This document shows positions 35,559-45,300 of a stretch of 53,372 bases of DNA, piece by piece (position 1 is the stretch's first letter; each line of letters begins with the position of its first letter). Source of the DNA: a virus (Duplodnaviria; Caudoviricetes); IMG/VR virus record IMGVR_UViG_3300010160_000059, positions 1 through 53,372 of that record. One strand, given 5' to 3'. Below the pieces are notes generated by a model. That model was not told where the DNA came from, searched no databases, and was given only the letters and a program-made list of their open reading frames with translations. A program made the position numbers and the translations under genes.

Positions 35559-37753
35559 TATGACAGTGCAGCACTGGCAATGATATTAGCCACGCCGCCT
35601 CCAGTAATAGATACGGGAACAACAGTATCACCTGAAGCAGAAGTAGTTATAGTTTTAGTTAAATTACTACCAGCAAAGGTCATTGCTCCACCGTCGATTA
35701 CTAATTTAACCGAAGTGGCAATTCTTGATCCACTGTAATTATACGCATTTACTGTTATATTTGCAGTAACCGTAGTACCTGCATAGTTATAACTACTTGC
35801 ATCAGAAGTAACCACAATTGAAATAGGTACGTTTAATGTTAATAGATGTAACCTTCCCCAACCTAATCCTGTATCCTGTGCCCATATACGACCTGTATTA
35901 TCTCGACCTACAGCATTAAATTGGTATGGAAAATTTCCAGTTTGTGTCCATCCAGTTCCTGATGTAAATGTATATACATAAAAATTAGCATGACAGAATA
36001 TACCTAATATAGTTCTATCATCACTTAGCCATACTATATTTTTAGGTGTTGCAGGAACTTCGATTTTACTACTATAAGTCAAAGTTTTATATGTTGATGT
36101 ATCAATGCTGTATACAGGAAATGTTCGCATTGTAGGACTACTATCAAATAATCCGCCAGCACCATGTAATTGCATTAGCATTAAATATCTAGTACTACTA
36201 GAAACAAATGTTTCAGTATACCAAACACGTTGCATTCCATAATTTATATCTATTGAAGTACTACTAAAAGTATCATTTGTCCAAACAGCACCTTGACTAG
36301 TACCGGGATATACCATAGTAATATCAGTTGACCTAGTAAAAACGTCTGTAGATTGATTCCATCGATAATATAAAGGATGGAAACCTCCAGTTTTATCTAC
36401 ATATGGTACATAAAATCCCATAGTCGAAGCGGTGGATAGATCTGTAAAAGTTTTACTAGCAAATTTTGGAAGGCGAGTACCAAAACTTGTGCCTCGATCT
36501 CCGCCCTGGTTAGTACCTTGTCCAAAAGAAGTAATCACTGTACCTGTATAAGCAGCACCTGCCGCAAGTGTTGCCCCAACGGTACCACCTGTTGCAAAAT
36601 TAACAGCAATCTGTGTAATAGTCATTCCAATGGCTAAGGTTCCGGTTGTAGCACTTGTTACAGTTAATACACTACCAAATACTGTAGCAGTTCCTGAGAA
36701 TGTAGAAACAAAATTAGTAGCAGTAAATAAAAACCACCATGTAGATGTAGTAAAATTTAATCCAGCCATGGTTGTAGCGGTACTAAGATTATATGTGCCT
36801 GTACTACCACTACCTGATGGAGTTGGAAAAGCAAAGGTATTCAATGTGGTATATGAATTTGAGCCGTCTTGATATTTGTAAATATTATTTGAACCATCGG
36901 CCAGAACTGCATGATGGATATTAATTGTATTAAAATCTAATTTACTCACACCGACCATTTGTCCTGAGTAATTTTGATTAATACCACCAGTAGGTCCTTG
37001 CATAGTCGGACTTCCACTAAATGCAGTTACCTGACTAGCACCTATCATAGCACTAGGAGTGTAGGAACCATAATAGGCCTGTGCAATCCATACTACATTA
37101 TTACTGGCAGGATTTCTATATACTGGCCAAGCGTTAGTACCGTAATAGTTGCTGTTAGACGATGCAGCAAAATAAGCAAATGATGCAGCAGGTTGTGTAC
37201 CTTGTTGTCCAGTAGTATTTTGTTTATTTGTTACATATCCAGATGTGTATAAATCTTTAGCACTGGTATTTACTTTTATCCAATATGCTGCAAAATCTCC
37301 AAGGTAGCCGGAGGTGGTTACGGCGGTTCCGTTATTATAATTAAAACTAGATATTACAACATTATTGGTACCATCGGTAAAGTATTGTACTGGTTTAACT
37401 CTATAATTTGTATCCATCGATACCCATGGTGATGCATCTAAGTTATTTCTATAATCATCTGCCGTTTTAAACAAATTATGTCTTACATGTGTAGTTTCAC
37501 CGTTTAATTGTAAAATTCCACCAATTCTATAATCATACGGAGAAACACCAACCTGACCAACACCCGAATAACCAAAGGTATTGTTTATAATACTGCCATT
37601 GGTAGTATATGTCATTCCTACATCATATAAAGGGGCTAAAGTATCTTTAGTATATGCATCACTTTGGATGTACAAATAATTTGAACCCGGTGTAGGATCC
37701 TCAAATAGAGAATTTAGATCTATTGCATTTCTAATATTTTTAATTACAGCCAT
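35558..37753 (-). CDS. Virion protein, paralog 3 of 3 (beta-rich, C-terminal Ig-like domain)
   Basis: Shares EDPTPG, LQLNGE, MQLHGAG, PKNIVWL and AVGRD..GRIW motifs with the 722-aa and 683-aa ORFs. Confidence 0.85.
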   Translation of the reverse strand: MAVIKNIRNAIDLNSLFEDPTPGSNYLYIQSDAYTKDTLAPLYDVGMTYTTNGSIINNTFGYSGVGQVGVSPYDYRIGGILQLNGETTHVRHNLFKTADDYRNNLDASPWVSMDTNYRVKPVQYFTDGTNNVVISSFNYNNGTAVTTSGYLGDFAAYWIKVNTSAKDLYTSGYVTNKQNTTGQQGTQPAASFAYFAASSNSNYYGTNAWPVYRNPASNNVVWIAQAYYGSYTPSAMIGASQVTAFSGSPTMQGPTGGINQNYSGQMVGVSKLDFNTINIHHAVLADGSNNIYKYQDGSNSYTTLNTFAFPTPSGSGSTGTYNLSTATTMAGLNFTTSTWWFLFTATNFVSTFSGTATVFGSVLTVTSATTGTLAIGMTITQIAVNFATGGTVGATLAAGAAYTGTVITSFGQGTNQGGDRGTSFGTRLPKFASKTFTDLSTASTMGFYVPYVDKTGGFHPLYYRWNQSTDVFTRSTDITMVYPGTSQGAVWTNDTFSSTSIDINYGMQRVWYTETFVSSSTRYLMLMQLHGAGGLFDSSPTMRTFPVYSIDTSTYKTLTYSSKIEVPATPKNIVWLSDDRTILGIFCHANFYVYTFTSGTGWTQTGNFPYQFNAVGRDNTGRIWAQDTGLGWGRLHLLTLNVPISIVVTSDASSYNYAGTTVTANITVNAYNYSGSRIATSVKLVIDGGAMTFAGSNLTKTITTSASGDTVVPVSITGGGVANIIASAALS

Positions 37754-37765
37754 TTTAAATATCTC

Positions 37766-38026
37766 TTATCTTAAGAATGAATCTTTAACTGATTCTAACC
37801 AAACTGCCGCATCAGTTTCATCAACAAAATTTTCTCTACTGCCATCAGAATGACATTTCCACGGTTGTTCCATAACCAATACTTCTGTTTCTTGGTTGTC
37901 TTCATTGGTTATAATTTCTTTAATTACTAGCACCCCTCCAGAAAATATTGAACTATATTTTTTAATTTGAGTTACAGTTAGATCGGATGGATCCGGATAT
38001 ACAATTTTTTCAGTTATAAATGACAT
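37766..38026 (-). CDS. Small acidic protein between the paralogs (possible chaperone)
   Basis: 86 aa; AAGGA SD. Confidence 0.75.
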   Translation of the reverse strand: MSFITEKIVYPDPSDLTVTQIKKYSSIFSGGVLVIKEIITNEDNQETEVLVMEQPWKCHSDGSRENFVDETDAAVWLESVKDSFLR

Positions 38027-38035
38027 TATGTATCC

Positions 38036-40204
38036 TTATATTGCAATTGTAGTAGTAATACTACTGTAACCATTGGATATTACAGTTCCATATGCTATGG
38101 TACTTGTTGATGTGCTAGTAACCACAGTTAATGAACTAAAATAATTTGTACTGCCACTACTGGTTGTTAATTTAAGAGAATTTCCAGCCACATTTAATAC
38201 AATGGTTGCAGTCATTCTACTACCTGTTAAATCAAAAGCGTCAACTAAAAATGATGTGGGAATTGCAGTACCTGCATAATTGTATGAACTTGCTGTTGAT
38301 ACAACACTAACTGTTGCTGGTACACCAGATAATAAATGTATTCTCCCCCAACCGGTTGGACCATTATCTTGTGCCCAAACTCTACCAAGATTATCTCTAC
38401 CTATGGCATTATATTGATATGGGAATGTTACAGTATTAACCCATCCTGTAGAAGTATTGAAATTATAGATATACGTTGAATTAAATGCAATTACTGCCAA
38501 TAAAGTACGTCCATCATTGAGCCAACATATATTCTTTGGTGTAGATGGTATAATAGCACTACTATGATATGACAAGGATCTATAACTCGAAGTACTAATT
38601 AGATAAGTCATAAAAGTACGTTGTTTTTCATTACTATCAAACAATCCGCCAGCGCCATGTAATTGCATAAACGTTATATATCTTCTATTATCATTACCTA
38701 AAAATGTTTCATTATACCAAACACGTTGTAATCCGTAAATAGCACCGTTCGAGCCCTGACTAGCAGTGTCAGGTGCCCAATAAGTTCCAAATGTACCGGT
38801 ACTGTAAGTCATGTTTATATCTGTATATCTTGTAACAACATCTCTTGTTTGATCCCAGTAATAATATAACGGATGAAAAGTTCCTCTAATATCTATTAGT
38901 GGGGAATAAAATCCTACTGCATTAGTAACTGTAGTTGTAACTGTATCTGTAAATGTTTTACTTGCATATTTTGGTATATAATTACCAAAGTTGGTAGTTC
39001 TATCAGCAAATCCAATAGTACTGGTAGTGAATGATGTTACAGTTGTACCAGCAAGAATACCAGTTCCTGACAATGTTTGGCCGGGAACTATTGCTCCAGA
39101 GGCAACTGCGGTGACAGTAAGAAGATTGCCAACAACATAACCGGTTACGCTAGATGAACCTACTCCCGATCCTGTAATTGTGGTGCTAGCCGCAGATGTA
39201 GTAATTACGCTGAGTATGTAAGTTCCTGTATTTCCCACGCCCGATCCATATGTTAAATCAGTATTAGCATATGCTCTGCCTAACGTGGAATATGTATTAC
39301 TGTTATCATTATATTTGTAAATAGTACTTGCTTGATCGTATAGAGTAGAATTATGGAAGTGTAATGAATTACCATCTAATCTACTAACACCTAAAAACTG
39401 ATTTGTATAATTAGCGGTGTAATTAGTGCTAGGACCTACCTGAACAGTAGGAGCACTACTAAAAGCCGGTTTCCAACTAGTACCTATTAACCCATTAGGG
39501 GTTGTATTATACATATGATTAGCAATCCATACCAAGTTTCCACTTGAAGGATTTCTATATATTGGCCAAGCACTTCCTCCAGCATTTGTTTGACTAGGAT
39601 ATCCAAAATTGGCATATGCACTAGCATCATTACCACCGGTACCGAGACCTTTCATGGTCATATAACCAGAATTTAATAAATCGCTAGGACTTGTGTTTAT
39701 TTTTACTACAAAAGGTGTATAATTATTAGCATATGCAGAGGCTGCATTTACGGAGTAGTTAAGGTAACTATAGGTAGATATTACCATATTATTAATACCA
39801 TCAGTAAAATACTGTGTTGGTTTAACTCTATAATTTGTATCCATTGATACAAAAGGTGCCACATCAATGTTATTTTCAGATTTATCAGCAACACCAAATG
39901 TAAGAGTAGTACCATTAGCAGAATATCCCTGCTGACGGACATGAGTAACTTCGCCATTTAACTGTAAAATACCTCCCACTCTCCATGTATATGTAGAGGA
40001 ATATGTGCCAACACCCGAGAATCCAAATGTATTGCTTATAACACTGCCATTGGATGTATATATCAGTCCTTTATCAATTAAAGGATTTAACGTTGTTTTA
40101 CTATACGCATCGGTCTGTATGAATAAGTTATCTGATCCTGGCTGAGGATCCTCAAATAGACTAGCAATATCTAGATTATATCTAATAGTTTTAATTATGG
40201 CCAT
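38036..40204 (-). CDS. Virion protein, paralog 2 of 3
   Basis: Same shared motifs; own TAAATA promoter. Confidence 0.85.
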   Translation of the reverse strand: MAIIKTIRYNLDIASLFEDPQPGSDNLFIQTDAYSKTTLNPLIDKGLIYTSNGSVISNTFGFSGVGTYSSTYTWRVGGILQLNGEVTHVRQQGYSANGTTLTFGVADKSENNIDVAPFVSMDTNYRVKPTQYFTDGINNMVISTYSYLNYSVNAASAYANNYTPFVVKINTSPSDLLNSGYMTMKGLGTGGNDASAYANFGYPSQTNAGGSAWPIYRNPSSGNLVWIANHMYNTTPNGLIGTSWKPAFSSAPTVQVGPSTNYTANYTNQFLGVSRLDGNSLHFHNSTLYDQASTIYKYNDNSNTYSTLGRAYANTDLTYGSGVGNTGTYILSVITTSAASTTITGSGVGSSSVTGYVVGNLLTVTAVASGAIVPGQTLSGTGILAGTTVTSFTTSTIGFADRTTNFGNYIPKYASKTFTDTVTTTVTNAVGFYSPLIDIRGTFHPLYYYWDQTRDVVTRYTDINMTYSTGTFGTYWAPDTASQGSNGAIYGLQRVWYNETFLGNDNRRYITFMQLHGAGGLFDSNEKQRTFMTYLISTSSYRSLSYHSSAIIPSTPKNICWLNDGRTLLAVIAFNSTYIYNFNTSTGWVNTVTFPYQYNAIGRDNLGRVWAQDNGPTGWGRIHLLSGVPATVSVVSTASSYNYAGTAIPTSFLVDAFDLTGSRMTATIVLNVAGNSLKLTTSSGSTNYFSSLTVVTSTSTSTIAYGTVISNGYSSITTTIAI

Positions 40205-40227
40205 TTATGTTCTCTTTTCCATATTTA

Positions 40228-42279
40228 TCATAGGTTAACAGTTGTTGCTATGCTGCTTGGCCCGGCTGCTATGATAGCAGCGTTAACTATTGTGCTGGTA
40301 CTAGTACTAGTAGCAGTAGTATACGAAGTGTATTGATTACTTGCATTATCTAAAATTCGTAAAGAATTACCAGTTACAGTTAACGTGACATTTGTTGACA
40401 TTCTAGTACCTGTAGAGGTTAAAGTATCTAACGCAAATGTAAAAAGTTGATTTGTTCCTGTATAGTTGAATACTGATGCACTTGGAACTAAAGATATTGT
40501 TACCGGGACAGCGTCGGCTGTTATTAAATGTATTCTGCCGCCGCCAAGTGGTCCTGTATCTACACCCCATATCCTACCCTGACCATCTCTGCCTACAGCA
40601 CTAAATTGATAATTTTCTGTTCTAGTTAATGTCCACCCTGCTGATGTAAAATTATAAATCCAAAATGCTGAATGTCCAAATACACCTAGCAATGTTCTAG
40701 CATCATTAAGCCATACTATATTTTTTGGAGTAGTAGGAATTGTAACACTGCTGTGATATGTTAATGTTTTATAAGTTGCTGTATTAACCGTATAGGTCAT
40801 GAATGTTCTTTGCAGAGCATTAGCATCCATAACTGTACCAGCACCATGAAACTGCATAAATGTTAGATATCTAACGCCATTAAAAATAAATGATTCATTA
40901 TACCAAGCACGTTGCATTCCATCAATTCTAGTTACTGAGGTAGAACTAACAGTTTCAGCAGCCCAATACGTTAGCATATTACCTGAAGAATATACTACTT
41001 TAATATCTTGATTTCTAACAAAATTATCAGTTCCGAGATTCCATTGATAATAAAATGGCTGATATGTACCGTTTACATCAAAATAAGGAACATAGAAACC
41101 ACGTACTGATGTTGATGTAGATAAGTCAACAAATGTTGAACTAGCAATTTTTGGTAAGAATGGTGCAACTCTAATACCACCAATACTAGAAGTAACATTA
41201 GTACCAGTTGCAGTTATAGTAGTACCTACAATTACACCAGTTCCTGATATAGTTTGTCCAACTTGCATATAATTTGGAGCAAGGGCCGCAGTAACATTAA
41301 GTACATTTCCGATTATATATCCTGTTACACTGGCCGAAGGACTTGTGCCTGTAACTGTAATACTACCTGTGGCAGTATTATGATAATTGCTTATTAAGTA
41401 AGAACCAACCAGCGAAGTTGTGCTTAAAACTGCTGGTGCAAGGTTATAAGTATTAAGTGTTGTTGATGCATTTGTTGAATCATTATATCTATAAATTGTT
41501 TGTGTGTAATCTGAACCAACATCATTGTGTAACATTAATGCTTGCCCATTATTAACACTACTAACTCCTATAAATTGGCATAATACGCTGGCCGCAGCAG
41601 TAACGTTTTGGATAGTAGGAGGATTTGCAACAGTAAATGCAGAATTTATATTAAATCCAGCGTATCCACCTGGATGATATCCAGTAGCATTATAATTTCC
41701 TATACAAATTATATTATTAGTTACAGTATTTCTATATAAAGGATATGCTGTATAACCTGTGGCTATTGCACCAGAAGCATCACCGTTATAACTAGGATTT
41801 CCTACACTTAAATTGTTTGTGGTATTTTGTCTTCTAAAAAAACGTACATAATTATTTGCCGCAGTTGTTCCTTGCGAGTTATAAAATGCCTGAACTAAAT
41901 TATTTGAAGTACCATCAGTATAATATTGTATGGGTTTTATTTTATTGTTAAGATCCATTGACGACCATGGAGAATAATCTAAATTATTTCTATAGTTATC
42001 AACTGCAACACTTAGATGTTTACAATGAGTAACTTCACCATTGAGAATTAATGTTCCTTGCCAATACCATGGATCGGTACTAGTTTGATAATTCGAAGTA
42101 CCCCAGTTACTATAACCACTACCTGCTACATTATATGATATAGTAGTATTAAACGTACTGGCCAATGTGCTAGATTTAAATGCATCATTTTGAAAAAATA
42201 TAAGGTCAGCACCAGGGGTAGGATCCTCAACTATTGTAGGATAATTTACTGAATAATTATTTGTTCTTAAAATTGTCAT
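40228..42279 (-). CDS. Virion protein, paralog 1 of 3
   Basis: Same shared motifs; own TAAATA promoter. Confidence 0.85.
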   Translation of the reverse strand: MTILRTNNYSVNYPTIVEDPTPGADLIFFQNDAFKSSTLASTFNTTISYNVAGSGYSNWGTSNYQTSTDPWYWQGTLILNGEVTHCKHLSVAVDNYRNNLDYSPWSSMDLNNKIKPIQYYTDGTSNNLVQAFYNSQGTTAANNYVRFFRRQNTTNNLSVGNPSYNGDASGAIATGYTAYPLYRNTVTNNIICIGNYNATGYHPGGYAGFNINSAFTVANPPTIQNVTAAASVLCQFIGVSSVNNGQALMLHNDVGSDYTQTIYRYNDSTNASTTLNTYNLAPAVLSTTSLVGSYLISNYHNTATGSITVTGTSPSASVTGYIIGNVLNVTAALAPNYMQVGQTISGTGVIVGTTITATGTNVTSSIGGIRVAPFLPKIASSTFVDLSTSTSVRGFYVPYFDVNGTYQPFYYQWNLGTDNFVRNQDIKVVYSSGNMLTYWAAETVSSTSVTRIDGMQRAWYNESFIFNGVRYLTFMQFHGAGTVMDANALQRTFMTYTVNTATYKTLTYHSSVTIPTTPKNIVWLNDARTLLGVFGHSAFWIYNFTSAGWTLTRTENYQFSAVGRDGQGRIWGVDTGPLGGGRIHLITADAVPVTISLVPSASVFNYTGTNQLFTFALDTLTSTGTRMSTNVTLTVTGNSLRILDNASNQYTSYTTATSTSTSTIVNAAIIAAGPSSIATTVNL

Positions 42280-42309
42280 TTTGGGAATTCTTTTGAATAT
42301 TTATCACAC

Positions 42310-45300
42310 CTAACTAGCCACATATTTAAATTGTACATATAAATTAGTTGCTGTAGTTGCTTGAGGTGTAATTGGAGAAACATCTACGGTGATATAATCA
42401 TCTTCATTCATTGGAATAGGTGTTGTATAAGTTGTTCCACTAGTTGCTGCACCTGGAATTGTTATATTTGTAATAGGAACCGAATTTACATTTATAGTAA
42501 TAATGTCAGCACTACTTGCTGCTGTTCCTAACTTTGTTTTAATTGAAGTAATATTTAAAGCATATGGAGCATACCAACGCTGTACTCCTACAAATGCAGT
42601 TACAGAACCAGATTGATACATAGTTATGTTACCAGATGATGCTCCGCCCCCACTTACTGGAACACCGTTTTGATAAATGTTTCCACCAACATATAAATTT
42701 TTACCAATACCTACACCACCCGAAACAACCATAGCACCTGTAACGGTGGAAACTGAAGTAGCGGTATCTAATACTAAAACTTGTGTAGCGGTGGAAAATA
42801 TTGCATCACCGGTGCCATCTGGATCAATTAATAAATTAGCATTTGAACCTACTGGATATGTAGTAATAGATGTATGTGCTGCTTGTGGTGCCGTTATCTG
42901 TCCACCAATACCCACTCCACCATAAACAGTAAATGCACCAGTAGTTGTTGATGTTGAATTTGTTGTATTAGTAAGTGTACTAATACCTGTAATTAAGCCA
43001 CCATTAAATGTTCCACTTTGTGTACTGGCAGAACCAGTATACCCAACAGTACCTGTTGAACCAGTAAATCCAGCAATACCTTGTGTACCTGTTGAACCAG
43101 TAAATCCTTGAATACCCTGCGTACCTGTACTACCTGTAAATCCAGTAATTCCTTGTGTACCTGTTGAACCAGTAAATCCTTGAATACCCTGCGTACCTGT
43201 ACTACCTGTAAATCCAGTAATTCCTTGTGTACCTGTGCTACCTGTATAACCTACACTTCCCCAATATCCATTAATACCAGCACTACCTGTATAACCAGCG
43301 GAATATGTAGCAGGTCCAAAATAACTCCATTCATTTGATCCTATTTTGATTAATGTACCAACACTATATGGATTATTTAATATAGGAGCATCTGTGTAGT
43401 GCAATGTAACTCCGACTCCACCGGAAATAACAACTAGTCCTGTGTTTCCTTGTGTTAAATCTATACGTTGTCCAACACTAAAACTAACAGAATTTTCAGG
43501 AGGAATTGTAACAACCGTACTAATTGCATTTGTTAAATTAACCAATCTTCCAGCATCTGATAATACCAATGTATAGGTAGCAGTTGTTTGAGTATTAATT
43601 ACCTGTATAGCACTACTAAAATCTCCTATACTACCAGTATAACCAGCACTACCCGTATATCCAACACCTGCACTACCAACAAATCCTGCTTGAGTAGTTG
43701 CTGGACCGGCAAACATCCATTCATACGGACCTATTTTGATTAATGTACCAATGCCATATTGATTATTCAATAAAGGACTATCTGTACTGCGTAACAGTAC
43801 TCCTACCCCTGCACTAATAACAACAGGTCCAGCGCCATATTGTTCTATATCTATACGTTGTCCAACAGCAAAGTTAGTAGTACCATCGTCAGGAATAGTA
43901 ACAACTGTTTGAGAACCATTAGTAAAACTAAGTAATTTACCAGCATCTGTTAACTGTAAAGTATAATTAGTACCAGTTTGTGTACTAATAACTTGTATAG
44001 CAGTACTAAAATCTCCTGTACTACCACGACTACCTGTATATCCTGAGGCGGTACTGGCAGATCCTGTAAATCCAGTACTACCTTGTGTGCCTGTTGATCC
44101 AGTGTAACCTGCGCCTGCCGGGCCTATACTACCGGTATATCCAACTATGGTACCAACATCAACAAATCCAAAAACTGATGCACCACCCGTAGCACTTGTA
44201 TAGGTCCAAAGATGCCCGTTAAATGTAACGATAATTCCGTCACCTTTTGCAGGTACAGGATCAAGAGCCTGGAATGCTGAAACAGTTGAAGTACTGGTAC
44301 TACCAATAATTGTAACACTAGTGCCGTCATTACCTGTTGTTCCTTTACTACCTGTGTAGCCAACACTGCCGGCATATCCGGCACTACCTGTAAAGCCTGC
44401 ACCTTGACTACCAGTAAATCCAATAATACCCTGCGTACCTGTTGAACCAGTATAACCAAATCCAACGCTTTGTCCATTTACTTGTACTGCTGTTGCGTTA
44501 AAAGTCCCACCAATATTCAAGTTACCACTAATACCAACGCCACCTATTACTACTATTGCGCCATTAGTAGTTGAATTTGATTGACTTACAACTTGATTAT
44601 ATCCTACTTTTATGGAATTATTAACGTATAGTTCGCCACCAATACCAACACCACCAGTAACAACTAATGCTCCGGTGGTTGTGCTTATGCTATTAACATT
44701 GCTAGAAATTGTTGTTGAACCATTTATTTGTACATCACTATTAATTGTGGTTAATGTACCAGCAGGATCAAGTGTTAAATCTCCAGATTGTGTAACTACG
44801 CTATTACCACTCAATACTAAACTACCAACACTAACGCTAGTTGGTAATATTACTGCATTGTTAGATCCGTCGGTTACTGTAAGTTGTCCTAGGTTTCCTA
44901 GATTGACTTGTGCATTGCCAAAACTTACATCTCCGGTGCGTTGATTAACTAGGAAACTTTCTCCTACACGGAAATCACCACCTTGATCAACTGTTTGGAA
45001 ATATACCTTACCGCCATTTATCTGTATAATTTCATTAGCCTGTACAACCAAACTGGTATCATCTGATGAATCTTTACCTGCGCCAATATGGCTCACGTTA
45101 AAAGCAATAAGTTTAATGTCGGTACCGGTTCCGTCGGCAGTAACACCCGTATTACCAAATATAGCGGCAGATCCTATGCTACGTATCTCAGCACCAAACT
45201 GATGATAGTCAACAAGGTCAATACTGGTGGCAGTAGCATAGTTTGTGCCGGTGGAATAAATTACTTGCGGTACTGCATTCTCATCAGTGAATACCGTTGA

